Shown: one piece after another, positions 1 to 9,815 of the stretch | Numbering within the stretch: the stretch's first letter is position 1 | Layout of the letters: each line of letters begins with the position of its first letter | Source: Flavobacteriaceae bacterium | Lineage (GTDB): Bacteria; Bacteroidota; Bacteroidia; Flavobacteriales; Flavobacteriaceae | Reading direction: 5' to 3' | Length of the DNA stretch: 32,000 nucleotides | NCBI GenBank assembly: GCA_965224465.1 | Contig: OZ245049.1 | Location: 360,001-392,000, forward strand | Program-made: the position numbers and the translations under genes | Notes under the pieces: model-generated | Databases searched by the model: none | Seen by the model: only the letters and a program-made list of their open reading frames with translations | What the model was told of the DNA's origin: nothing

Positions 1-304
1 AGATGCTGTCTCTACAAAAGACAATATTTTTAGGCTCTCCACTTCCTCCATCCCAATGAATCCTACCTTTACTTATATCAAATTTATATGTAAAACTATG
101 AGTTGTTCCGTAATTGTAATTTGTTAGAGCACCTCTTGAAGTGGTTTCTTTATTTACTTTTTCAACTACTAAAAGGATACCGTTAGGCAGTCTTTTATTG
201 GTTTTGTCAATTTTTTCTACGGTATTATACCTACAAGTCGTAGTTAGAAAACTAAAAATGATGAAGAAATATATTCCTTTTTTTTTGTTAAAATTACAGG
301 TCAT
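1..304 (-). CDS. hypothetical lipoprotein, N-terminal ~101 codons (ORF runs off the left edge)
   Basis: My own translation of the minus strand from ATG 304..302 to position 1 has no stop (MTCNFNKKKGIYFFIIFSFLTTTCRYN...). It has a hydrophobic leader ending in Cys. It is absent from the ORF track, probably because the window edge truncates it. Confidence 0.4.
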   Translation of the reverse strand, partial: MTCNFNKKKGIYFFIIFSFLTTTCRYNTVEKIDKTNKRLPNGILLVVEKVNKETTSRGALTNYNYGTTHSFTYKFDISKGRIHWDGGSGEPKNIVFCRDSI

Positions 305-391
305 TTATTATATGTAAAACGTCGTGCCTATAGCAAAGGCTAAAATCAAAAGTACTAAACTTTTAAGAAACAAAGAGTTCTGTAACGTTTA

Positions 392-411
392 TTTTAGCGC
401 CCCTGCTAAAA
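392..411. terminator. hairpin TTTTAGC-GCCCCT-GCTAAAA, possible recG terminator
   Basis: 7-bp perfect stem with a 6-nt GC loop, 137 nt downstream of the recG stop. There is no clean U-tract. Confidence 0.25.
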
Positions 412-547
412 CAGCAATATCTTTGGATTTCAGATGTCCTTTATAATATCAAATACATTTCCAAGTGATGGTCTAGAGATAAAAAACTGACTTTCGGAAG
501 TATCCCTCGTACCTTTGAGTTGAGCTTGTTGATTTTAATTCAAAAAA

Positions 548-2653
548 CTAACTAATATGACTCCAAAGCGTACTGTTTTTTGCCAAATGTTGATAGGTTG
601 CAGCAATCATTTTATGCGCAGGCTTCACTAGGTTTGGATCTTCGTTGAGTAAATGAATGGCTTCTGCACGTACCTGTATAAGAACATCGGCATCTTTTAC
701 AATATCGGCTATTTTTAAATCGAGCACACCGCTTTGTTGTTTTCCCATAAGATTTCCTGGCCCACGAAGTTTGAGATCTACTTCTGCAATTTTAAAGCCA
801 TCGGAAGTATCTACCATTGTTTTCAAACGAACTTTAGAATCTGCGGAGAGTTTAAAACCACTCATCAGAATACAAAAACTCTGAGCTGCTCCACGTCCCA
901 CCCTTCCACGCAGTTGATGCAGTTGAGACAGACCAAAACGTTCGGAACTTTCAATAATCATAATAGACGCATTGGGAACATTTACACCCACTTCTATCAC
1001 AGTAGTGGCAACCATTATTTGTGTTTCACCTTTAATAAAACGATTCATTTCATATGCTTTGTCCGCAGGTTTCATTTTCCCATGAACAATGCTAATATTG
1101 AATTTTGGCAAAGGAAATTCACGGACAATACTTTCGTAACCATCCATCAAATCTTTATAATCCATGGCTTCCGATTCGTTGATCAATGGATATACAACAT
1201 ATACTTGTCGTCCTTTAGCAATCTCTTCTTTCATAAACTTGAATACACTGAGTCGATTGCTATCATATCTATGTGCTGTCTTTATTTCTTTTCTCCCTGG
1301 AGGCAATTCATCAATCACAGAAATGTCTAAATCGCCATACATACTCATTGCCAGTGTTCTAGGAATTGGCGTTGCCGTCATCACTAAAATATGTGGTGGT
1401 AAATCATTTTTCTTCCATAATTTGGAGCGTTGTTCCACCCCAAAACGGTGTTGTTCATCAATAATGGCAAACCCAAGGTTTTTAAATTGCACTTTATCTT
1501 CCAGTAAGGCGTGCGTTCCAATCAAAATATCCAAAGAACCATCCATTAACGATTCGTGGATCAAACGGCGTTGTTTGACTTTACTAGAGCCCGTTAGCAA
1601 TTTAACTGTGATAGGCAAATCACCCAACTGTTCTACAATGGAATTGAAATGCTGAATGGCTAATATTTCTGTTGGCGCCATCAATGCAGCTTGAAAGCCA
1701 TTGTCTATGGCCATTAACATACAGAGCAAGGCAACAATGGTTTTCCCAGACCCCACATCTCCCTGTAAAAGCCGATTCATTTGAGCATTCGAGCCCACGT
1801 CTTTTCTAATTTCTTTTAATACACGTTTCTGGGCATTGGTCAAATCAAAAGGCAGACCATGGGTATAAAAATCATTAAAATGAGGGCCAATTTTATCAAA
1901 AACATAGCCTTTGACACGTGACTTTCTGACTAGTTTTTTTCGAATGAGTTGCAATTGAATATAAAACAATTCCTCAAAAACCAATCGCTGTTGTGCACGG
2001 GTTAATAAATCTTGAGATGTTGGAAAATGAATATTAAATAAAGCATCTGATTTTGACAGTAATCCGTTCTCATTAATTATTTGTTCAGACAACGATTCTC
2101 TAAACGTACCTTTAGTTTCTAAAAACAATTGCTGCATCATTTTTACCAATACGCGATTGGTAACACCTCTATTACTCAGTTTTTCGGTGGATGAATAGAT
2201 AGGTTGCATGGTAATCTGCCCACTTTTTTGATGTACTGATAACAGTTCCATTTCTGGATGCGCCATAGAGAATTTGGTGCCATAAAGCGTTGTTTTACCA
2301 AATAACACATAGGGTATATTTATCTTTATATTCTCTTGAATCCATTTTGCAGCTCTAAACCAGACCAATTCTATCGAACCCGTACCATCTGTAAAGACAG
2401 CTACCAACCTAGAACCTCGTTTTTGTTTCACTGTTTTGAAACCTATAATTTTACCAACCAACTGAATTTCCGACGAGTTTTGCTGTAAATTCGCGATTTT
2501 ATAAAACTGAGTTTTATCGATGTATCTATTTGGGAAAAAACTAATTAGATCCCCAAAAGTACGGATACCAAGTTCACTTTTAAGTAAATTAGCACGTACT
2601 GGACCTACACCCGTTAGGTACGCAATCGATGTATTGAGGTTATATTGTGGCAT
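548..2653 (-). CDS. recG: ATP-dependent DNA helicase RecG
   Basis: 701 aa. N-terminal wedge/OB region, Walker A GDVGSGKT, DEQH box (IIDEQHRFG), helicase C motifs (QLHQLRGRVGRG) and a length typical of RecG. Confidence 0.96.
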   Translation of the reverse strand: MPQYNLNTSIAYLTGVGPVRANLLKSELGIRTFGDLISFFPNRYIDKTQFYKIANLQQNSSEIQLVGKIIGFKTVKQKRGSRLVAVFTDGTGSIELVWFRAAKWIQENIKINIPYVLFGKTTLYGTKFSMAHPEMELLSVHQKSGQITMQPIYSSTEKLSNRGVTNRVLVKMMQQLFLETKGTFRESLSEQIINENGLLSKSDALFNIHFPTSQDLLTRAQQRLVFEELFYIQLQLIRKKLVRKSRVKGYVFDKIGPHFNDFYTHGLPFDLTNAQKRVLKEIRKDVGSNAQMNRLLQGDVGSGKTIVALLCMLMAIDNGFQAALMAPTEILAIQHFNSIVEQLGDLPITVKLLTGSSKVKQRRLIHESLMDGSLDILIGTHALLEDKVQFKNLGFAIIDEQHRFGVEQRSKLWKKNDLPPHILVMTATPIPRTLAMSMYGDLDISVIDELPPGRKEIKTAHRYDSNRLSVFKFMKEEIAKGRQVYVVYPLINESEAMDYKDLMDGYESIVREFPLPKFNISIVHGKMKPADKAYEMNRFIKGETQIMVATTVIEVGVNVPNASIMIIESSERFGLSQLHQLRGRVGRGAAQSFCILMSGFKLSADSKVRLKTMVDTSDGFKIAEVDLKLRGPGNLMGKQQSGVLDLKIADIVKDADVLIQVRAEAIHLLNEDPNLVKPAHKMIAATYQHLAKNSTLWSHIS

Positions 2654-2700
2654 TGGTAATAATTAGGTTACGAAGATAGTAAATGCTTGGAATTCTTTAC

Positions 2701-2708
2701 TACCTTTG
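2701..2708 (+). promoter_or_regulatory. Bacteroidota-type -7 promoter box (TACCTTTG)
   Basis: Matches the TAnnTTTG consensus, 19 nt upstream of the ATG at 2727, in the recG/rsmB divergent gap. Confidence 0.35.
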
Positions 2709-2726
2709 CAGTTCAAAAAATAATAC

Positions 2727-3935
2727 ATGCGATTACATAAGAATTTAGTTATTACTGTGGTGAATTCCTTAAAGTTGATATTTATCGAAGAGGAATATGC
2801 GGGGAAGGTAGTAGAAAAAGCGTTAAAAATAAATAAAAAATGGGGTGCACGTGATAGAAAATTCATTGCAGAAACCATTTATGACATCGTTCGATGGAAG
2901 CGTTTATACAATGAAATAGCAGGAACTAAGAATCACTTTACCAATGATAACTTATGGAAATTGGTAGCTGTTTGGGCTGTATTACATGATGTTGAATTAC
3001 CAGAATGGCAACATTTTTACGGAACGCCAGTACGTAGAATCAAAGGAAGATTCATCGAATTGCAAAAAGACCGTGTATTTAAAGAGTCTATTCCAGATTG
3101 GATGGATGAAATATGTGTCAAAGAATTAGGAGAGAAAAAATGGGCTAAAGAAATTACTGCTTTGAACCAAAAAGCAAGTGTAATTGTACGTACCAATTCT
3201 CTAAAGGTGACTAAAATCGCCTTGCAAAAAGAATTTGAGCTACAAGAAATACATACCAGTTATATCCCAGGAAATACACATGCGTTACAATTGGACAAAC
3301 GCGCCAATGTTTTTGTAACAGATGCCTTTAAAAAAGGATACTTTGAAGTGCAAGATGCTTCTTCACAATTAGTGGCTCCATACCTGAATGTAAAACCGGG
3401 AATGCGTGTGATTGATACCTGTGCAGGTGCCGGAGGAAAAACATTGCATTTGGCAGCATTGATGGAAAATAAAGGGCAAATAATTGCCATGGACATTTAT
3501 GAGCACAAATTGAGGCAGTTAAAAAAACGTGCCAAACGAAATGGAGCACATAATATTACTACCCGTGCCATTAATACTACCAAAGACATTAAAAAATTCT
3601 ACAATTCAGCAGATCGTGTATTGATAGATGCTCCTTGTAGTGGTATCGGAGTTTTAAAAAGAAATCCAGACTCTAAATGGAAATTACAACCTGAGTTTTT
3701 AGATCAGATCAAAAAAACACAAGCTGAAATTTTACAAAACTATTCAAAAATGTTGAAAGTAGATGGGCAAATGGTCTATGCAACCTGCTCTATTTTACCT
3801 TCTGAAAATGAATTACAAATTGGGAAATTCTTATCCGAAAATACTAATTTCGAATTAATTTCTGACCATAAAGTTTCTCCAGCAGCATCTGGTTATGATG
3901 GTTTTTATATGGCATTGCTAAAAAGAGTAGAATAA
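2727..3935 (+). CDS. rsmB: RsmB/NOP2/Sun-family 16S rRNA m5C methyltransferase
   Basis: 402 aa. NusB-like N-terminus, SAM motif DTCAGAGGKT, catalytic DAPCSG and TCS motifs. Confidence 0.88.
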   Translation: MRLHKNLVITVVNSLKLIFIEEEYAGKVVEKALKINKKWGARDRKFIAETIYDIVRWKRLYNEIAGTKNHFTNDNLWKLVAVWAVLHDVELPEWQHFYGTPVRRIKGRFIELQKDRVFKESIPDWMDEICVKELGEKKWAKEITALNQKASVIVRTNSLKVTKIALQKEFELQEIHTSYIPGNTHALQLDKRANVFVTDAFKKGYFEVQDASSQLVAPYLNVKPGMRVIDTCAGAGGKTLHLAALMENKGQIIAMDIYEHKLRQLKKRAKRNGAHNITTRAINTTKDIKKFYNSADRVLIDAPCSGIGVLKRNPDSKWKLQPEFLDQIKKTQAEILQNYSKMLKVDGQMVYATCSILPSENELQIGKFLSENTNFELISDHKVSPAASGYDGFYMALLKRVE

Positions 3936-3937
3936 TT

Positions 3938-5005
3938 ATGAACATTAAGTGTATCATCGGATGTTTTGCAATGCTTTTAGTAGCTTGTGATGGAGACAGT
4001 CCCGAAAGTCCAAAACCTGTTCCTGAGAATAAAAACCCAGGAAATTTTACAGCAGATGTAAAAAACATCACTGTAGACCAAGCTATTGTAACATGGACCA
4101 ATGCCATAGATCCTGATGGTGACAATGTGACTTACAAAGTAACTCAAGGTGCTGTGACTAGTACCAGTTTAAATGCAAATTCCTATACATTTGCAGGGCT
4201 AAAAGATGCTACATCTTATAATGGAAACGTGACTGCTAGTGATGGTAATGGAGGGACAAATAGCACTGATTTTTCGTTTAAAACATTAAAAAAACAAACG
4301 AGCAATACTGGAGATTTTGTAATTCCTAATGCATTGAAAGAGTACTATAAAAGCATGGATTTTACAAAAACAAAAACTGCATTGTATGATGATTTAGCTA
4401 CCTTAACCATTGCCAAACATACAAATATGTTGGAATATGGTGAGCGTCATAACTATTTATACAAAGCAGATAAAGATCCAAGTAACAGTGAAAATGTTCT
4501 GTTGATATATTCAGGAGTAAGTACGTATTGGAAAGAATATATGAGTGGTAATAATAGCTACTCACCACAAACTTTTAATACAGAACATGTATATCCTCAA
4601 TCTAAATTAGGAGACGGGCATGCAAAAGGAGATTTACACCATTTAAGAACCTGCAATGGAAACATCAATGGTAAGAGAAATAACTGGCCATTTACAGATG
4701 GGAAAGGGACTTATAAACTTAAAAATAATGCTTGGTACCCTGGAGATGCTTGGAAAGGTGATGTAGCACGCATGATTTTGTACGTAAACTTACGCTATCA
4801 AGAGTCTTTAGATGGAGATATTAGTACAGAGGGAATTGACTTGTTTTTAAGATGGAACGTCGAAGATCCTGTATCAGAAATTGAAATACAACGAAACGAC
4901 TTTATAGCAGCTACGCAAGGAAATAGAAATCCCTTTATTGACAATCCGTATTTGGTAAGTCTTATTTTTGGTGGCAATGCTGCTCAAAATAGATGGGACA
5001 AATAG
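3938..5005 (+). CDS. secreted lipoprotein: fibronectin-III domain + endonuclease I family nuclease
   Basis: Lipobox LLVAC, then an Fn3-like stretch (ITVDQAIVTWTNAIDPDGDNVTYKV). Endonuclease I signatures are NTEHVYPQS, HHL and GNRNPFIDNP. Confidence 0.82.
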   Translation: MNIKCIIGCFAMLLVACDGDSPESPKPVPENKNPGNFTADVKNITVDQAIVTWTNAIDPDGDNVTYKVTQGAVTSTSLNANSYTFAGLKDATSYNGNVTASDGNGGTNSTDFSFKTLKKQTSNTGDFVIPNALKEYYKSMDFTKTKTALYDDLATLTIAKHTNMLEYGERHNYLYKADKDPSNSENVLLIYSGVSTYWKEYMSGNNSYSPQTFNTEHVYPQSKLGDGHAKGDLHHLRTCNGNINGKRNNWPFTDGKGTYKLKNNAWYPGDAWKGDVARMILYVNLRYQESLDGDISTEGIDLFLRWNVEDPVSEIEIQRNDFIAATQGNRNPFIDNPYLVSLIFGGNAAQNRWDK

Positions 5006-5058
5006 GTTTTCACCAATTAAGAATCCTTCTTGAAATAAATTTTAGTTTCAAAAATATT

Positions 5059-5090
5059 AAATAAAGCAACGATATATCGTTGCTTTATTT
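5059..5090 (+). terminator. rho-independent-type terminator hairpin
   Basis: AAATAAAGCAACGAT-AT-ATCGTTGCTTTATTT, a 15-bp perfect stem ending in a T-run, 54 nt after the stop at 5005. Confidence 0.7.
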
Positions 5091-5331
5091 GTTTAGTTTA
5101 AGCTCGTTACCCTAATATTTGGACCTCCAAGGCGCTAACTCAACATATAAATGAGTCTTTCGGAAGTATCCCACTTCCCCTCAGTCCAGGCTGATGATTG
5201 GTTTTAAGAGTTATACCTATTACATCTTATCATCATACAACTTTGTAAAAACAAATGGTGATTAGATGCCCTAATTATACTTCCTGTTTTATCCATTGCT
5301 AAAATAAAGACATCCAGATATTGATGCCTCA

Positions 5332-5483
5332 TACCAATTACAATCCAAAATGATCACTATAAATAGTTTATTCTATGCACGAGCGTTGTTACATAACAGA
5401 ACGATCGTGAAGGCTATCCATCCTTTTTTAGCCTAACAAAAATAATTCCATTTCTAAACCTTGACTTGGAAATTTAATTGGTA
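5332..5483. mobile_element. MITE copy (full length)
   Basis: Terminal inverted repeats TACCAATTACAATCCAAAATGATCAC / CTTGACTTGGAAATTTAATTGGTA. The interior is homologous to the copies at 8012, 13640 and 21768. Confidence 0.7.
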
Positions 5484-5584
5484 TCAGTCTTCTATCGCTA
5501 TACATTGAGAATTTGTTTGTTAACGCGCAAAAATAAAAGATTCAAAAACACTATTTATAATCTATCTAAATAGTAAAAAAAGTA

Positions 5585-5592
5585 TATATTTG
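5585..5592 (+). promoter_or_regulatory. -7 promoter box TATATTTG upstream of the TetR gene
   Basis: Matches TAnnTTTG, 23 nt upstream of the ATG at 5615. Confidence 0.35.
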
Positions 5593-5597
5593 CAAAT

Positions 5598-5611
5598 AAG
5601 AACAGTGTTCA
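5598..5611. promoter_or_regulatory. candidate TetR operator AAGAACA-G-TGTTCA
   Basis: Perfect 5+5 palindrome GAACA.TGTTC between the -7 box and the start codon. A second copy lies at 6249-6262. Confidence 0.45.
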
Positions 5612-5614
5612 TTT

Positions 5615-6232
5615 ATGCAAAAAAAGAAAGAAGACATTTACAAATCAATTCTTATCGTAGCAAAAAAAGAATTTTTAACGCGTGGTTATAAAAACACAAC
5701 TATGCGTATTATTGCCAAACAATCGGATGTTGGTTTAAGTAATATTTATAATTATTTTGAAAACAAAGATTCGATTTTTGTAAAAGTACTCTCTCCATTA
5801 TTAGAAGTGATAAATACAATTTTTGATGATCATAATAAAGACGAGTGTTTAACATTAGAAGCTTTGGAATCCGAAAAAATTCAAACTCAAAGTATTAAAA
5901 TGATGGTGGATTTAGTTGAAAATTACCGTGTAGAATTAAAGATTTTATTATTTCATTCTTATGGATCATCTCTAGGAAATTTCAGAGATGAATATGCAAA
6001 ACGATATACCGAAGTAACATTGGAATATATAGAAAAAATGAAAATAAAGCACCCAGAGATAAACACAAATATTTCACCGTTTTTAATACATACTTTAGGT
6101 TCTTGGATGCTAACAATAATAGGAGAGATAATATCTCATAACGAATTATCACATCAAAAAATAGAAAAGTTTATGGCTGACTTTGTCTTATTTGGATCTG
6201 CTGGTTGGAAGGAATTATTTAAAAATCGTTAA
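5615..6232 (+). CDS. TetR/AcrR family transcriptional regulator
   Basis: 205 aa. N-terminal HTH (GYKNTTMRIIAKQSDVGLSNIYNYFENKDSIF) is typical of TetR_N. Confidence 0.9.
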   Translation: MQKKKEDIYKSILIVAKKEFLTRGYKNTTMRIIAKQSDVGLSNIYNYFENKDSIFVKVLSPLLEVINTIFDDHNKDECLTLEALESEKIQTQSIKMMVDLVENYRVELKILLFHSYGSSLGNFRDEYAKRYTEVTLEYIEKMKIKHPEINTNISPFLIHTLGSWMLTIIGEIISHNELSHQKIEKFMADFVLFGSAGWKELFKNR

Positions 6233-6248
6233 AAAATTTGAACACATT

Positions 6249-6262
6249 TGAACAGTGTTCTT
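6249..6262. promoter_or_regulatory. second candidate TetR operator TGAACA-G-TGTTCTT
   Basis: Same palindrome as 5598-5611 in inverted orientation, 17 nt upstream of the ATG at 6279. Confidence 0.4.
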
Positions 6263-6278
6263 TATTGATAAAAAAAAC

Positions 6279-7145
6279 ATGAACAAACGCATACAATCAA
6301 ATTTAAAAGATATTCCAGAAACAATGCTTTGGACTTTGCATAATAGAGCCAAAGAAGCAATGCGTAAAGACGGCATTATTACAGATGAAAAATGTGTAGA
6401 AATTTATAAATCGATAGCTTATGATTACGAAAGGAATTTTGGAAAACCAGAGCCTTCACATGCAGTAAGATCTTTATTGTTTGATAAAGAAATCAAACAA
6501 TTTTTAAAAGAAAACCCAGAAGGAACCATTATTAACCTCGGGGAAGGATTGGAAACCCAACGTTTCAGAATTAAAGAGAATAATGCCTTGTGGTTGAGTA
6601 TAGATATGCCAGAAGGAATTGCCATTAGAGAGCTTTTTATAGAGCCAACTCAAAGGCATATACATGTACCATTATCTGCATTGGATAGGAAATGGTTTGA
6701 CTTAGTTCCAAAAAACGAACCTGTTTTTATTACAGCTCAAGGTCTGTTTATGTATTTCTCAGAAAATGAAGTAAAGTCCTTAATTCACGATATGCTGTCA
6801 ACATTTAATGAAGGTTATTTAATGTTTGATACCATCCCTCTTTGGATTTCAAATATGACCATGAGAAAAAAGGGTTGGCAAAAAACCAAGAACTACATAA
6901 CTCCAAAAATGCCTTGGGGAATAAATAGAAATAAACTGTATACCTTAAAGGAGTGGTCCGAAAACATTACGAGTATAAAAGAACTATTTTTTGTGTTTCC
7001 AAGGGGTTTAAAAAAATGGTTTTGTAAATGCGTCTTAGAGCTACCAATATTAAAAAATTATGCTCCCACAGGAATAAAAATTAAATTTAAAAATAAGGAG
7101 TCAATACGTTTAAATAAATTCCCTTTGGACTTCTTACACAAATAA
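6279..7145 (+). CDS. class I SAM-dependent O-methyltransferase (LCMT/TcmP-like)
   Basis: The ORF track starts at GTG 6255. I prefer ATG 6279 (MNKRIQSN...) because 6249-6262 is the operator palindrome. The NLGEGLETQ motif resembles the GxGxDT SAM loop of the leucine carboxyl / polyketide O-methyltransferase family. Confidence 0.75.
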   Translation: MNKRIQSNLKDIPETMLWTLHNRAKEAMRKDGIITDEKCVEIYKSIAYDYERNFGKPEPSHAVRSLLFDKEIKQFLKENPEGTIINLGEGLETQRFRIKENNALWLSIDMPEGIAIRELFIEPTQRHIHVPLSALDRKWFDLVPKNEPVFITAQGLFMYFSENEVKSLIHDMLSTFNEGYLMFDTIPLWISNMTMRKKGWQKTKNYITPKMPWGINRNKLYTLKEWSENITSIKELFFVFPRGLKKWFCKCVLELPILKNYAPTGIKIKFKNKESIRLNKFPLDFLHK

Positions 7146-7547
7146 TAGGAACGCTTTTTAACATACACGTTTTCTGTTACGGAAGCCCTATAAATAAGCA
7201 TTGCATTGTTCTCTCTGATAACAATAGATACCACTATAAAATTGACTCCGCTCCTACCCTCTGCCTAGACTCCACGTATAACTGACGGAAATTATTTATG
7301 GGGCATATCTTCACAAAAAAAACCTCTATTACGTTGTCTGTTTGTATGAATCGCTATTTTTCTTAGTAGAATTCATGCAAACCAAATTTAAAAAGGGAAT
7401 GAAATAGTAACTTCTATCCGTATTTAAAGGCAGACAATAACCTCGGAGCAAGCCTATTAGTCATCTAAAAACCTTAATCATTTAGAAAAGCACTGAGGAA
7501 TTAAACCCACTGGAGGGATTAAAACACAGAGGATATACCCCATATTA

Positions 7548-7660
7548 TACGAACTAAAATCCAAAATCACCGATATAAATAGGTTGTTTTATGTGCTGGC
7601 ATTATTGAAAAACAGAAATTAATTCTATTTCTAAGCCGTCACTTGGAAATTTAATTGGTG
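7548..7660. mobile_element. MITE copy with internal deletion and degenerate left end
   Basis: Carries AAAATCCAAAATCACCGATATAAATAGGTTGTTTTATGTGCTGGC ... CCGTCACTTGGAAATTTAATTGGTG and lacks the central ~45 bp present in the full copies. Confidence 0.55.
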
Positions 7661-8011
7661 TTAAAGGGTCAAAATGTAAAAAAAAATGAATTCATGCCTG
7701 TTTGCACCAGAGAAGGTCTGTTTATTTTTACTTCATTTTTAAAAAAAATTGTATACCTAAAAATATGTATGTATCTTTAACCGTAAAACATACATTTAAA
7801 AATAAAACGTGCTTTTTCATCTTAAACATATAACACCTTTCTCCGTAACTTATAGTACCACAGCACGGTACCTATACATTAAACATGATGTTATATTTCT
7901 TAGAATTAATGAGCACAGAACCAAATCATGGAATTATTATGATTTAAAATATACACCTACAAACACGATTGCACGTTCAATCGCACATTTTAATTTACAA
8001 GGAGAAGAAGT

Positions 8012-8158
8012 GAACAATGTGACTGTTATAAATAGGTTGTTTTACATGCTGGCGTTGTTAAAAAACAGAATGATAGCTGGGCTATCCATCCATTTACCAC
8101 CTAGCTAAAACAAAGAATAATTTCATTTCTAAACTGTCACTTGGAAATGTATTTGGTA
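8012..8158. mobile_element. MITE copy (left end degenerate)
   Basis: ATAAATAGGTTGTTTTACATGCTGGCGTTGTTAAAAAACAGAA ... CTGTCACTTGGAAATGTATTTGGTA. This explains the 3' half of the spurious ORF 7809-8108. Confidence 0.6.
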
Positions 8159-8207
8159 TACGCCCACACCAAAAAAACACTTGAAATTTGTATCTAAAAC
8201 CAATCCT

Positions 8208-9800
8208 ATGAATAAAACATTTTTTTCTTTATTTCTTTTATTAATGCTCCAACTAAGCTGTATTGCTCAGGAATATTGTGGAATTATACCGCAACCAAAT
8301 AGCTGTGTCTTTACCAATCAGGGGGATTTTGTTCTTAATTCTAACACACAGATTGTTTACACACAGGCAACAAAAGTTCCGGCAAGAATGTTACAGGAGT
8401 TTATAAAATCAGACGTTCAACTAAAAATAGCACGCACACAAAAAAACAAGGACTATAGCATTGTGTTTGAGCAAGACAATACCTTAGACAAAGAATCCTA
8501 TACATTAGAAACTACTGCGCGTAAAATAACGATTACTGCGTCAGGAGAAGCGGGTTGGTTCTATGGCATTCAAAGTTTGAGACAATTAATTCAAAAATCA
8601 CTAGAAATCCCTGCAATACTGATTAAGGATCAGCCTCGTTTTTCTTGGAGAGCGTATATGTTGGATGAATCTCGCTATTTTCATGGTGAAGATTTTGTAA
8701 AATTAATACTCGACCAGATGGCATTGCTAAAAATGAATGTCTTTCATTGGCATTTGGTAGATGATGCTGGATGGCGGATTGAAATTAAAAAATATCCACG
8801 ATTGACAACCATCGGCTCAAAAAGGAGAGATTCGGAAATAGAAACTTGGGGAAGTGGAAAGTTTTCAGGAGAACCCCATGAAGGATTTTATACGCAAAAA
8901 CAAATTAAAAATATTGTAGCCTACGCTGCTGACAGAAATATAACCATCGTACCAGAGTTTGAAATGCCAGGACATTCAAGTGCTGCTATCGCTTCGTATC
9001 CATGGCTTGGAACATTGGGCACAGATCTTGAAGTTCCTGTTAAATTTGGAAGACTCTTTGATAATTACGATGTTACAAAACCAGAGGTAATAACTTTTAT
9101 TCATGATGTTTTAAAGGAAATTTTTGAATTATTCCCTTCTAAAGTAATCCATATTGGAGGCGACGAAGTTGGGTATAAAGTTTGGAGAGATAGTAAAAAA
9201 GTGCAACAATATATGCAAGAAAACAATATTGCTACTCCTGCGGATTTACAAATTCAATTTACCAACAATATTTCTCAGTTTATCGAGAATAATGGACGTA
9301 GAATGATGGGATGGAACGAAATCATGGGAGTTAATATTCACAAAGGATTTAAAGAAAAAAAAGAAGATCTCGCCGCTGAAACTACACTTGCAAAAAACGT
9401 GGTTGTCCACTTTTGGAAAGGCAATGTAGATTTAATGGTTCAAGCAGCCAAAGAGGGTTATGGCATTGTAAATTCGTTACACAGCAATACCTATTTAGAT
9501 TATAGTTATAAAACCATTTCTCTAAAAAAAGCTTATAATTTTGATCCAATCCCTCCTAATTTAGCAGCAGTATATCATAAAAATGTATATGGACTGGGAT
9601 GTCAAATGTGGAGCGAGTGGACACCTACCAATGCAGATGTTGAACGCCAAACATTTCCAAGAATTGCCGCATTTGCAGAAGTTGGATGGACAAAAACAAA
9701 GAACAAAAATTTTACGAAATTTAGTCTTGCCTTAAAACAATTAGAAAAGCACTGGGCAGCCTGTAACATTAAATTTCACAAAGACAATAACAATAATTAA
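8208..9800 (+). CDS. GH20 beta-N-acetylhexosaminidase (secreted)
   Basis: The ORF track starts at TTG 8181. ATG 8208 gives a clean signal peptide (MNKTFFSLFLLLMLQLSC). GH20 signatures are HWHLVDDAGWR, PEFEMPGH and HIGGDEV. Confidence 0.92.
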   Translation: MNKTFFSLFLLLMLQLSCIAQEYCGIIPQPNSCVFTNQGDFVLNSNTQIVYTQATKVPARMLQEFIKSDVQLKIARTQKNKDYSIVFEQDNTLDKESYTLETTARKITITASGEAGWFYGIQSLRQLIQKSLEIPAILIKDQPRFSWRAYMLDESRYFHGEDFVKLILDQMALLKMNVFHWHLVDDAGWRIEIKKYPRLTTIGSKRRDSEIETWGSGKFSGEPHEGFYTQKQIKNIVAYAADRNITIVPEFEMPGHSSAAIASYPWLGTLGTDLEVPVKFGRLFDNYDVTKPEVITFIHDVLKEIFELFPSKVIHIGGDEVGYKVWRDSKKVQQYMQENNIATPADLQIQFTNNISQFIENNGRRMMGWNEIMGVNIHKGFKEKKEDLAAETTLAKNVVVHFWKGNVDLMVQAAKEGYGIVNSLHSNTYLDYSYKTISLKKAYNFDPIPPNLAAVYHKNVYGLGCQMWSEWTPTNADVERQTFPRIAAFAEVGWTKTKNKNFTKFSLALKQLEKHWAACNIKFHKDNNNN

Positions 9801-9815
9801 ACCAATATCCTAAAA

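Noticed and set aside
657-1655. Plus-strand ORFs 657-884, 734-1330 and 1164-1655 (and similar antisense ORFs inside GH20, sulfatase, rsmB, IS and other genes)
   Set aside because: They lie entirely antisense within strongly supported genes and have Cys/Phe/Ile-rich nonsense composition typical of AT-rich shadow frames.
7495-7541. Three degenerate ~17-nt tandem units (GAGGAATTAAACC / GAGGGATTAAAAC / GAGGATATACCCC)
   Set aside because: They are too short and divergent to distinguish from chance in purine-rich AT-rich spacer. There is no spacer/repeat regularity.
7809-8108. 99-aa ORF in the long intergenic region
   Set aside because: It starts with a non-ATG codon, and its 3' third is the MITE copy 8012-8158. 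It has no RBS or promoter context and a low-complexity composition.
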